This document shows, piece after piece, positions 52,055 to 61,764 of a DNA stretch of 64,000 nt (position 1 is its first letter; each line of letters opens with the position of its first letter). Position numbers and translations under genes: made by a program. Source of the stretch: Alphaproteobacteria bacterium (GTDB lineage Bacteria > Pseudomonadota > Alphaproteobacteria > MPNO01); assembly GCA_965248835.1 (NCBI GenBank), contig CBDFLJ010000001.1, positions 2,048,001 through 2,112,000 on the forward strand. Reading direction: 5' to 3'. Under the pieces are notes generated by a model. The model was not told the DNA's origin. It ran no database searches and saw only the letters and a list, made by a program, of their open reading frames with translations.

Positions 52055-53518
52055 ATGCGGTTCGACTTGGTTTTGCGAAACGGCCGGGTATTCGACGGAT
52101 CCGGGCGCGCGCCAGTGGCTGCTGACCTGGCCGTCGCCGGCGACCGTGTCGCGGTGATCGAGCAAATTCCTGTCGGTCGTGGCGACGTCGAGATCGACGT
52201 TCGCGGCCAGGCAATCAGCCCGGGCTTCATCGATGCCCACACCCATGACGACCGAGCGCTGCTGGTCGATCCCGACATGGCCGCGAAGACCAGCCAAGGC
52301 GTGACGACCGTGATAACCGGGAATTGCGGGATAAGTCTGGCGCCGCTGGTGTTGCGGGACACCCCGCCGCCGCCGCTCGACCTGATCGGCGACACCGGGT
52401 CATACCGGTTCGCAAAATTTCGCAGCTACCTCGATGCGCTTGACGCTGCGCCGCCCGCGGTCAACGCTGCTTGCTTGGTCGGCCATTCGACGTTGCGCGT
52501 GGGCGCGATGGCCGCACTCGACCGGCCGGCAAGCGAGGCAGAGCTGGCGGTGATGCGCGAACGGCTCCAGGCAGCGCTTGATGACGGTGCGATCGGCATG
52601 TCGAGCGGGACCTTCTATCCGCCGGCCGCCGCCGCGCCCGCCGCGGAAGTCGCCGCACTTGCCGCGCTGGTGGGCGAGGCGGGCGGCGTCTACGCCACCC
52701 ATATGCGCGACGAGGCCGATCGGGTCATCGAAAGCCTGGAGGAGAGTTTCGGGATTGCCGAGCGGGCCGGTGTGCCGCTGGTCATCTCCCATCACAAGGT
52801 CGCCGGCAGGGCCAATCACGGGCGATCGCGCCACACCCTGTCGCTGATCGCCGAGGCGATCAAACGTCAGCCCGTCGGACTCGATGTCTACCCCTATGTG
52901 GCCGCGTCCTCGATCCTCGACGCCAAGCGATTCGGAACCGCCGAGCGGGCCGTCATTGCCTGGTCGCAAAGCGTGCCGGAAGCGGCCGGACGCGACCTCG
53001 CCGAGATCATCGCCGAGTGGGGCGTCCCGGCCGACGAGGCGGTCGCGCGGCTGAAGCCGGCGGGTGCGGTCTACTTCTTGATGGACGAGGACGACGTCCG
53101 GCGGATCCTAGCCTTCCCGCACACCATGATCGGCTCGGACGGCCTGCCGCATGACCGGCATCCCCACCCGCGGCTCTGGGGCACATTCCCACGGGTCCTC
53201 GGCCACTACGCCCGCGATGTCGGGATGTTTCCGATCGAAGAGGCGGTGCGCCGGATGACTTCGCTTCCCGCCGCACGGTTCGGGCTGACCGGCCGCGGCA
53301 CGCTGGCGCCCGGCGGGTTTGCCGACATCGTGGTGTTTGATCCCGAAACGATCATCGATCGTGCGACGTTCGATGAGCCCGCGGTGCCTGCGGCCGGCAT
53401 CGACATGGTTCTGGTCAACGGCCGTCCGGTCTGGCGGGACGGCGCACCGACCGGCGCACGGCCGGGCCGAACGCTGCGCCGCCAGAAGCTGTTACCAAAG
53501 GAAACGCATGATGACTGA
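52055..53518 (+). CDS. N-acyl-D-amino-acid deacylase family amidohydrolase
   Basis: PGFIDAHTH, GNCG, THMRDE, ISHHK, GSDG, HPRLWGTFPR. Confidence 0.93.
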   Translation: MRFDLVLRNGRVFDGSGRAPVAADLAVAGDRVAVIEQIPVGRGDVEIDVRGQAISPGFIDAHTHDDRALLVDPDMAAKTSQGVTTVITGNCGISLAPLVLRDTPPPPLDLIGDTGSYRFAKFRSYLDALDAAPPAVNAACLVGHSTLRVGAMAALDRPASEAELAVMRERLQAALDDGAIGMSSGTFYPPAAAAPAAEVAALAALVGEAGGVYATHMRDEADRVIESLEESFGIAERAGVPLVISHHKVAGRANHGRSRHTLSLIAEAIKRQPVGLDVYPYVAASSILDAKRFGTAERAVIAWSQSVPEAAGRDLAEIIAEWGVPADEAVARLKPAGAVYFLMDEDDVRRILAFPHTMIGSDGLPHDRHPHPRLWGTFPRVLGHYARDVGMFPIEEAVRRMTSLPAARFGLTGRGTLAPGGFADIVVFDPETIIDRATFDEPAVPAAGIDMVLVNGRPVWRDGAPTGARPGRTLRRQKLLPKETHDD

Positions 53519-54005
53519 GCCGACGGTCCAGTTGGGCGAGCACGCCTTTTCGCTGTTCGAAGGCACCGAGGAGGATAAGGAGCAGCTCCTTGCGCTGCAC
53601 CAGGGCTATCTCGATGCCAACTCGATCGGCCTGAACGTCGCGGCGCTGCGGAAAGTCTGGAGCGACCATCCGCATTGTGTGTGGTTCAACTCGACCGGAT
53701 ACACCTACAAGGGGATCGAGGACTGGGCGAAGCTGTGGACCTATTTCGGCCCCAGGGTCGAGATCACCAAGCCCTGGCGGTCGAGCGACGTCCGGTTGAT
53801 CGGCAACAGCGACTACGCCGTGATCACCTGCGAGCGCACGGCGGCCGGGCGCTGGAAATCGGACGACGACGAGCCCCATTGGACCGGTGACGACTGGCCG
53901 TCGCGCTCGACCGAGGTCTTTCGGCGTGAACACGGAAAGTGGATCTGCGTCCACGTCCATATTTCCACACGCGAGACCGGCGCGCGGCCCGAAGAGCAGG
54001 GATAA
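53508..54005 (+). CDS. NTF2/SnoaL-like protein
   Basis: RSTEVFRRE.GKWICVHVHIS C-terminus; overlaps the upstream stop. Confidence 0.8.
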   Translation: MMTEPTVQLGEHAFSLFEGTEEDKEQLLALHQGYLDANSIGLNVAALRKVWSDHPHCVWFNSTGYTYKGIEDWAKLWTYFGPRVEITKPWRSSDVRLIGNSDYAVITCERTAAGRWKSDDDEPHWTGDDWPSRSTEVFRREHGKWICVHVHISTRETGARPEEQG

Positions 54006-54009
54006 TCCC

Positions 54010-55026
54010 ATGACCGATCTGCCGCGCTTTGCGGTGCGCATGCACGGCGACATGGATTCCAGGATTTGCGCCCAGGCGGCCCGACATGCCGAGAAATGCG
54101 GCTTCAGCACGGTCTGGTTCGCCGAGAACCTGTTTCAGCGCGGCGTGCTGCCCGCCGCCACCGCCTGCGCGTTGGCGACCGAGACGATCGAGATCGGCAT
54201 CGGCGTCTTCAACCCGTTCAACCGCCATCCGAGCCTGATGGCGATGGAGCTTGGCGCGCTCGACGAGATCTCCGGCGGACGCGCCATCCTCGGTATAGGC
54301 GCCGGCGTGCCGCGTTCGATCGACAAGATTGCCTCATTCATGAACGTGGCCAATGCCATTGGCGATGCCGTTGCGATCGCCGGCCCCCTTTTGGCCGGCG
54401 AGGAAGTCAGCCACGCGGGGAAGGTCTTCTCCGCCGACCGTGTGAAGCTCAGCTATGAGCCCGTGCGCGACCGGGTGCCGATCTACCTGGCGGCAATGGG
54501 CGAGCGGGTGCTGCGGGTGTGCGGCGCGCGCGCCGACGGCCTCTTGATCAGCAACATGTGTCCACCGGCATTCACCGGCAATGCAATCGGCGTGATGGCC
54601 AAAGCGGCGAAGGAAGCGGGCAGGCCCACCCCGTCCAACATCGTCAAGTATGTCCCTTGCGTGGCGGGCGATGACGGCGCCGAGGCGCGCCGGGCGGTCA
54701 AGCCGGCGATCGGCGCGATGCTCGGCGCATATTTCCGGGCCTACGACAGCACGCCTGCCGCGCTCGCCGCGATGGGCGGCGACAACGGCATCGATCCCGG
54801 CCTGTTCGCCCGATCGCTCGAACGTCTGGCCGCCGGCGAGCCCGCCCAGGACGTGCTCGACGACGCGTTCGTTGCCGCCTACGCGGTAGCAGGCACGGTC
54901 GAGCAGTGCCTCGAGCAGTGCCGCGCGCTGGCCGCGAGCGGGGTCAGCCAGATGACGCTTACGTTCCACGGCGACCGGCCCGAGGAATGGATGGCGCGGT
55001 TCGGCGCGGCGGCAAGCGCCGGGTAG
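54010..55026 (+). CDS. LLM-class flavin-dependent oxidoreductase
   Basis: VWFAE, RHPS..A...LDEISGGR.ILGIGAG, PIYLAA.G. Confidence 0.9.
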   Translation: MTDLPRFAVRMHGDMDSRICAQAARHAEKCGFSTVWFAENLFQRGVLPAATACALATETIEIGIGVFNPFNRHPSLMAMELGALDEISGGRAILGIGAGVPRSIDKIASFMNVANAIGDAVAIAGPLLAGEEVSHAGKVFSADRVKLSYEPVRDRVPIYLAAMGERVLRVCGARADGLLISNMCPPAFTGNAIGVMAKAAKEAGRPTPSNIVKYVPCVAGDDGAEARRAVKPAIGAMLGAYFRAYDSTPAALAAMGGDNGIDPGLFARSLERLAAGEPAQDVLDDAFVAAYAVAGTVEQCLEQCRALAASGVSQMTLTFHGDRPEEWMARFGAAASAG

Positions 55027-55035
55027 AACGCGCGC

Positions 55036-57291
55036 GTGGCTCGCAAGGACGACAACCGGCTGCTGCGCGGGCGCGCCCGCTTCGTCGACGACGTCCATCT
55101 GGACCGGATGGCCGAGGGCGTGTTCATCCGAAGCCCGCACCCCCACGCCGAGATCGTCTCGATCGATGTGAGCGCGGCGCTGGCCGCCGGCGCCGATCTG
55201 GTCCTGACCGCCGCGGACCTGCCGTTCATCGAAAAGGATTGGCTGGTGCGCTACTGGCATCCGAGCATTCGCGGCCGCCCACCGCGGTTCCTTGCCACCG
55301 ACCGGGTGCGGTTCGTCGGCGAGCCGGTGGCGTTTCTGGTCGCCGCGGATCGCTATACAGCCGAGGACCTCGCGCCCTTGGTCGAGGTCTCCTATCGCCC
55401 TCTGCCTGCCGTCATCGCGGGCGCTGCCACGCCGCTCCTGCACGAGGAATGGCCGGACAACGTTGCGGCCGGCTTCTCGGCGCGGCGCGGCGATCCGGCC
55501 CTGGCGATGGCCAATGCCGCATGCCGAACAAGCCATACGGTGCGGTTCTCCCGCCAGGTGCCCTTGCCGCTGGAGACCCGCGGGGCGGTCGCGGATTTCC
55601 GGGCCGGGCGCAGGCGTCTGACGGTGCGGATGTCGACCCAGGCGCATTACAATGTCCGGGAGAACCTCGCCAGCCTGCTCGAGCTTCCAGAAGCCAATGT
55701 CCGGGTGGTCTGCGAGGACGTCGGCGGCGGGTTCGGCGCCAAGTCGCGGACCTACTGCGAGGAGATCGTGGTCGCGTTCGCAAGCCTGGTGCTCGGCCGT
55801 CCGGTGAAGTGGATCGAGGATCGGGCTGAGAACCTGCTGGCGACCACCCATTCCCGCGACATCACGGCCGAGATGGAGCTCGGCCATTCCGGGGACGGTC
55901 GCATGGAGGCGCTCAAGGCCACGCTGAGTCTCGATGCGGGCGCCTATATCTTCACCAGCGGGATCGCAACCGTCGAGCTCGCCAGCGCGCTGCTGACCGG
56001 TGCTTATCGGATCGAGCACTTCGAAATCGAGGTTGTCGTCCTTGGCTCCAACAAGACCCCGACCGCGACCTATCGCGGCGCCGGGCAGCCGGAAGCGGCG
56101 TTGGCGCTGGAAACCGTGATCGACCGCGCTGCCCGGTCGATCGGGATCGGGTCGGCCGAGATCCGCGAGCGTAATCTCGTAACCGGGGCCGATCTGCCGT
56201 GGGCTACCGGCACCAGGTTCGGCGGCATGGCGTTGATCTTCGACGCAGGCGATTTCCCGGAAATGCTCCAGCGTGCCGTTGTCGAGGGGGGATACACCGA
56301 CGCGGTCGAGGCCAGCGGCGGGTGTGAGCGCGTTGCTTGGGGTCTCGCCTGTGGGGTGGACGGGTCCGGTTTCGTCAACTTCGAATCAGCGCGCGTCCGG
56401 ATCGATTCGGCGGGCAACGTCAGCCTTCATTCGGGCATGACCTCCCAGGGGCAAGGCCAGTCCACGACGTTCGCGAAGATCTGCGCGGAAACACTGGGGA
56501 CGAGCCTCGACCGGATCGAGGTCTCCATGGGCGATACCGCCTTGCTGCCATTCGGCCGTGGCGCGTTCGCCAGCCGCGGCGCGATCTTCGGCGGCAACGC
56601 CGTCCATGGCGCGGCCGTCCGGCTGCGCCAGGCCGTGCTGCGGCACGCGGGTCGCCTGACGCAATCCGATCCCGATGTGCTGTCGATCGTCGAAGGTACT
56701 ATTCTCCGTGAGGGAGAAATCGACACCGGGCTTACGATCGGCGATATCGCGCGCGCGGTTGCACCCGGCGGGCCACTGTTCGACGGCGCCCCGGCGCTGG
56801 AGGCGCAATACGTCTTCAGCACCGACCAGCCGATAACCATGGGCATGTCGGTCCATGCCGCGAAGGTCGGCGTCGATACCGAGACCGGCCGCGTGCGGCT
56901 CATCGACTATTTCGTCGTCCACGACGTCGGCCAGGCGCTCGACCGAGCAGTCGTCGACGGCCAGATCATCGGCGGGGTTATCGAAGGCATCGGCAACGCG
57001 GTATTGACCGAATTCATCTACGCCGCCGACGGCCAGCCGATGACGACGACGCTTGGCGACTATCTCGTGCCGAGCGCGGTGGAGGCACCGACCATCGGGC
57101 TGGCTTACATGGAAACGAGACCGACCACGAACCCGCTCGGCGTCAGGGGGATCGGCGAGAGCGGCACGATCGCCCCGCCCGCAGCGATCCTCAACGCGGT
57201 CGCTCGCATCGCCGGGCCGGGCGCCGATGTCTCGGTTGTGCCACTGTCCCCACCCCGTGTGCTGGCCGCCCTTGCCGACTGCTTCGATTAG
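55036..57291 (+). CDS. Xanthine dehydrogenase family molybdopterin-binding large subunit
   Basis: RSPHPHA, DVGGGFGAK, YRGAGQPE, QGQG, FASRG, GVRGIGESG. Confidence 0.93.
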   Translation: MARKDDNRLLRGRARFVDDVHLDRMAEGVFIRSPHPHAEIVSIDVSAALAAGADLVLTAADLPFIEKDWLVRYWHPSIRGRPPRFLATDRVRFVGEPVAFLVAADRYTAEDLAPLVEVSYRPLPAVIAGAATPLLHEEWPDNVAAGFSARRGDPALAMANAACRTSHTVRFSRQVPLPLETRGAVADFRAGRRRLTVRMSTQAHYNVRENLASLLELPEANVRVVCEDVGGGFGAKSRTYCEEIVVAFASLVLGRPVKWIEDRAENLLATTHSRDITAEMELGHSGDGRMEALKATLSLDAGAYIFTSGIATVELASALLTGAYRIEHFEIEVVVLGSNKTPTATYRGAGQPEAALALETVIDRAARSIGIGSAEIRERNLVTGADLPWATGTRFGGMALIFDAGDFPEMLQRAVVEGGYTDAVEASGGCERVAWGLACGVDGSGFVNFESARVRIDSAGNVSLHSGMTSQGQGQSTTFAKICAETLGTSLDRIEVSMGDTALLPFGRGAFASRGAIFGGNAVHGAAVRLRQAVLRHAGRLTQSDPDVLSIVEGTILREGEIDTGLTIGDIARAVAPGGPLFDGAPALEAQYVFSTDQPITMGMSVHAAKVGVDTETGRVRLIDYFVVHDVGQALDRAVVDGQIIGGVIEGIGNAVLTEFIYAADGQPMTTTLGDYLVPSAVEAPTIGLAYMETRPTTNPLGVRGIGESGTIAPPAAILNAVARIAGPGADVSVVPLSPPRVLAALADCFD

Positions 57292-57359
57292 ATTCCCCTA
57301 TCGGAGGATCAGCACGGATGCATGGTTCGAGACCATTCGCGCCGTGACGTTGCCCCCGA

Positions 57360-57994
57360 AATCCGGAACGGGCTCGTACATATTGGACTTTGTCGCCAAG
57401 ACCCCTGTGCGGGAAATCCTCGTTTTAGATGGAGACGACTTCCTCCAGCACAACGCATTTCGGTCTCCGGGCGCGCCGTCCGTGGAGGAGTTGAAGGAGA
57501 TCCCGAGAAAAGTTCGCCATCATGCCAGCCGCTACGGTCTTGTGCGAAGCGGTACCATTGAGCATGACGTCGACATCGACGCGTCCAACGCCGACGCGTT
57601 GGAGGGGATGGACTTTGCATTTCTTTGCATGAATCGCGGCGATGCAACGCGGCCCATCATCGAGAAGTGTGAGGAACTCGATATCCCATTCATCGATGTC
57701 GGGGTAGGGATAGAACTCGTCGACGAGCAGCTCCAGGGCATCGCCCGCGTGACGGCCAGCACGCCCGACAAGCGCGATCATGTGAGAGATAAGAAGAGAA
57801 TAGGACTGTCCGGCGGCGACGCGGACGGCGTGTATTCCCAGAACATCCAGATCGCCGTGCTGAATGCCCTGAACGCCGCGCTGGCCGTCATAAAATGGAA
57901 GAAGCTGTTCGGATTCTACCGGGATTTGGAGCGGGAGCATTTCAGCGCATACACGTTGGATGGAAATTCGATTGTCAATGAGGATCGGGCATGA
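57360..57994 (+). pseudogene. 3' portion of a ThiF/E1-like adenylyltransferase
   Basis: GTGSYILDFVAKTPV, D.D.FLQHNAFR, FIDVG, NALNAALAVIKWKK..GFY; no start, GxGxxG truncated. Confidence 0.78.
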
Positions 57995-58244
57995 AGCGGC
58001 CAATGGGCCGCACGCATCGCACACTGCGATTCGCCGGGCGCTTTATCGTCGCAGGTCTTCGAGTGTGCGGGAGAGGACGTTCCAGACGGCGGGGCTTGGC
58101 GCCATGGTCGATAGTCCAAGCGCGATCGCGGCCTTCAACGCCATCGACCGAGCCGGACCCACCGGTGCGGCGCGCTGCTGGGAATCGACCGCTCTCGATC
58201 CGCTTCCGACCGTTGAGAGGGACCGCCGTAACCAGGGGAATGCC

Positions 58245-58988
58245 ATGACCGACATCGAAACCGCGCTCGGCGATCTCGTCGTCGCCAACCGCATCCTCGC
58301 CAACGAGAACGTGGTCGACGCCTACGGCCATGTCAGCATCCGCCACCCGGACGACCCGGAGCGCTTCTTCCTGTCATGCTCCCGGAGCCCGGAATTGGTG
58401 TCGCGCGAGGACATCATGGCGTTCCGGCTCGACGGCACCGCGCTCGGCGGGGATGCCCGCACGCCCTATCTCGAACGCTTCATCCACGGCGGCGTCTACG
58501 AGCGCAACCCCGACGCGATGGCGGTCGTCCACAGCCATGCCGAGGAGGTGCTGCCCTATAGCATCACCGAAGAGCCTCTGCGCCCGGTGATTCATTCCGC
58601 CGGTCTGATGGGAGCGCGGGTGCCGGTCTGGGACATTGCCGAGAAGTTCGGCGACACGACGCTTCTGGTGGTCGATATGGAGCAGGGCCGCGATCTCGCC
58701 GGTGCGCTGGACGACCACCGCGTCGTCCTGATGCGCGGCCACGGCTTCACCGCCGCGGCGCGGTCGCTGTCGGAGGTCGTGCGGCTGTCGGTGATGCTGC
58801 CGCGCAACGCGCGCATCCTGACCACGGCCCTGCAGTTCGGCCGGGTCAAGTTCCTGTCCGAGGGCGAGATCGCCGAGCGGCTCCTGATGAACCCCGACGG
58901 CCCGGAGTTCCGGCGCGCCTGGGAATACTGGGCGACCCGGGCCGGCTGCGCGGACATGCTCGAAGGCCATCCGAACCGCAATGGCTGA
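58245..58988 (+). CDS. Class II aldolase/adducin family protein (possible decarboxylase)
   Basis: DAYGHVS.R, ERFIH, VVHSH, LMRGHG. Confidence 0.9.
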   Translation: MTDIETALGDLVVANRILANENVVDAYGHVSIRHPDDPERFFLSCSRSPELVSREDIMAFRLDGTALGGDARTPYLERFIHGGVYERNPDAMAVVHSHAEEVLPYSITEEPLRPVIHSAGLMGARVPVWDIAEKFGDTTLLVVDMEQGRDLAGALDDHRVVLMRGHGFTAAARSLSEVVRLSVMLPRNARILTTALQFGRVKFLSEGEIAERLLMNPDGPEFRRAWEYWATRAGCADMLEGHPNRNG

Positions 58989-60634
58989 CCGACGCCTGCA
59001 CGCCGACCCGGTGGACAGGCGCGACGGCGCCGTTTTGATCGTCGGCGGCGGCCCGGTCGGCCTCGCGCTCGCCGGCGATTTCGGCTGGCGCGGCCGGACC
59101 TGCCTGCTGATCGAGCAGTCCGACGGCGCCATCGACCAGCCGCGGCAGGATCTGGTCGGCCCGCGCACCATGGAGTTCTGCCGCCGCTGGGGGATCGTCG
59201 GCGATGTCGAAGCCGCGCCCTACGACCGCGACTATCCGCAGGACAACGTCTATATCGCAGGCAGCCTGGCCGAAGGCTGGGAGATCGGCCGCTACGCGGT
59301 CCCCAACATGAACGCGGCCGTGCCGCCGCCGCAGAGCCCGCAGAAGCGCGAGCGGTGCCCGCAGAACATGTTCGACCCGATCCTGCGCCGCTTCGCGGCT
59401 TCGCACGAGACGGTGCGGCTGCGTTACCACACAAGCTTCGAGGGTCTGCGTCGATCGGCCGACGGCGTGATCGCCGAGATCCTCGACACCCGCAGCGGAA
59501 GCCGCGCGCAGCTGGAAGCGCAGTTCCTCATCGGTTGCGACGGCGCATCGAGCGCGGTGCGCGCGGCGCTCGGCACGACGATGACCGGAAACCCGGCGCT
59601 CACCTTCACCACCAACATCATCTTTCGCTGCCGCGGCTTCGAAGCCCTGCACGACAAGCGGCCGGGCTACCGTTTCATCTTCGTCGGCCCCGAGGGGACG
59701 TGGGCGACGATCGTTGCGATCAACGGAAGCGACGCGTGGCGGATGTCGATCATCCGCTCGAGCGCCGACGGCCGCGTCCTCGACGAGCCCGAGATCCGCA
59801 GCGCCATAGAGCGCGCCGTCGGCCGGCGCTTCGACTACGAGATCCTCTCGGCCGTGCCGTGGCAGCGCCGCGAGCAGGTGGCCGAGACGTTCGGCGACGG
59901 CCCGGCATTCATCGCCGGCGACGCGGCGCACGCGATGTCGCCGACCGGCGGCTTCGGGATGAACACCGGGATCGGCGACGCCGTCGACCTGTCCTGGAAG
60001 ATCGATGCGGTCATGGCCGGCTGGGGCGGCAACGGGTTGCTTCGCTCCTACACGCCCGAGCGCCGGCCGGTGGCGGAGCGCAACGTGGCGGGAGGCGAGC
60101 GGCAATCTCGCGCGCATGCTCTCGCCGCCCCCGGCCTCGGGCCTGCTCGACCGGACGCAAGGCGGCGAAGCGCTGCGGCGGCGCATCGGCGGCGACCTCG
60201 CGCAGGCGATGATGCGCGAATGGCGGACCCTGGGGATCCATCTCGGCTACATCTACGAGGACTCGCCGATCTGCGTTGCCGACGGCACCAAGCCGCCGCC
60301 GGGCGATCCCGCGGTCTACGCGCAGACCGCGCGGCCCGGCGCGCGCGCACCGCACGCCTTTCTCGAGGACGGAAGCTCGACCCTCGATCTGTTCGGCCGC
60401 GGCTTCGTGTTGCTGAGGCTGGGCGCCGCGCCGCCGGATCCGGCTGCGCTCGCCGCCGCTTGCGCCGCGCGCGCGGTGCCGATGGCGGTGGTCGATATCG
60501 CCGAGCTGGACATTGCGGCGCTCTACGGCGGCGCGCTGGTGCTGGTGCGGTCCGACGGGCACGTCGCCTGGCGCGGCGACGCGCCGCCGTCCGACCCTGC
60601 GTCGGTGATCGAGCGGGTGCGCGGTGCGGCGTGA
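58981..60634 (+). pseudogene. FAD-dependent aromatic monooxygenase, +1 frameshift near 60088
   Basis: GGGPVG, GCDG, GDAAH..SPTGGFGMNTG; C-domain PGARAPH...LVRSDGHVAW in another frame. Confidence 0.85.
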
Positions 60635-60681
60635 GGCTCTAAACTCCGGCCATGCCCGCCGGTCGAACGGAGCTGCGCCCC

Positions 60682-61632
60682 ATGTCGGACCTTGCCCAGT
60701 CGGAATCGCTCCACAGCCTTTACGAAGGTCTGGCGCCGCTCAGCATCAACGCCGGCTGGGCGAAACCGACGCCCTCGCTGTGGCCCGAGCCGCGCGTCAA
60801 TTTTCGGCCCTTCCACTGGTCGTGGGCGGCCGGGCGCGCGGCGCTCGACGCGGCGGGCCGGCTGGTCGACACCGAGCTGGCCGAGCGCCGCAACTTGATC
60901 CTGTTCAACCCGGTCGAAGGCAACACTTACGGCACGGTGCGCACGATGATCGCCGCCTACCAGGCGATCCTGCCGGGCGAGACCGCGCGGTCTCACCGGC
61001 ATACGCCCAACGCGCTGCGGTTCATCCTGGAGGGCGAGGGCGCCTATACGATCGTCGACGGCGCGCGCCTCGAGATGGCCCCCAACGACGTGCTGCTGAC
61101 GCCGAACTGGCATTGGCACGGCCACGGCAGCGAGTCCGCGGGCATGTGCTATTGGCTCGACTGCCTCGATGCGCCGCTGACCCATCTGCTGGAGCCGATG
61201 TTCTTCGAGCCCCATCCGGATGCCTACGAGCCGATCCGCGCGACACCGGCGGCATCGCCCCATATCTTCCGCTGGAAAGACGTCCGCGCCGATCTGCTTC
61301 GCGCGGCGCCCGATCCCGCCGGGCGGTTCGGCCGCAGGGTCGAGCTCGGCGGCCCGGCGCTGTCCTCGATCGCGCTCTACATGCAGCTTCACGCGGCCGG
61401 CGAGACGACGCGCGCCACCAGGACGACGGCCAACCAGATCGTCTGCATCGCCGAGGGAAGCGGCGCCTCGACGATCGACGGCGAAGACTTCGCCTGGTCG
61501 CGCGGCGACGTGCTCTCGCTGCCCTCCTGGCGGCCGGTCGCGCACCGCGCCATCGAAGACGCGGTGCTGTTCGTCATGACCGACGAGCCGGTCCTGCGCG
61601 CGCTCGGCTGGCTGAGACTCGAAGACTGCTGA
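60682..61632 (+). CDS. Gentisate 1,2-dioxygenase-like bicupin
   Basis: AERRNL, HRHTPNALRF, LTPNWHWHGH, WLDCLD.P. Confidence 0.88.
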   Translation: MSDLAQSESLHSLYEGLAPLSINAGWAKPTPSLWPEPRVNFRPFHWSWAAGRAALDAAGRLVDTELAERRNLILFNPVEGNTYGTVRTMIAAYQAILPGETARSHRHTPNALRFILEGEGAYTIVDGARLEMAPNDVLLTPNWHWHGHGSESAGMCYWLDCLDAPLTHLLEPMFFEPHPDAYEPIRATPAASPHIFRWKDVRADLLRAAPDPAGRFGRRVELGGPALSSIALYMQLHAAGETTRATRTTANQIVCIAEGSGASTIDGEDFAWSRGDVLSLPSWRPVAHRAIEDAVLFVMTDEPVLRALGWLRLEDC

Positions 61633-61764
61633 GCCGGTATTGCCGATCCCCCAACCTGGCGCATCGCGATTCCCACCGGCGGAGACGTCGCGCCGCCGGT
61701 TTCGTTGCTTTGGCCGTCTGTGGGTGATTGAATTGATCGGCACCAACGCCGAGCGGAGGCTGGC

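Noticed and set aside
55036-57291. Aerobic CO dehydrogenase CoxL
   Set aside because: Lacks the AYRCSFR Cu-binding loop and coxMS/accessory genes
57053-57360. N-terminal part of the 313-aa ORF as the true E1 start
   Set aside because: Overlaps the Mo-enzyme gene in another frame; E1 similarity begins only near 57360
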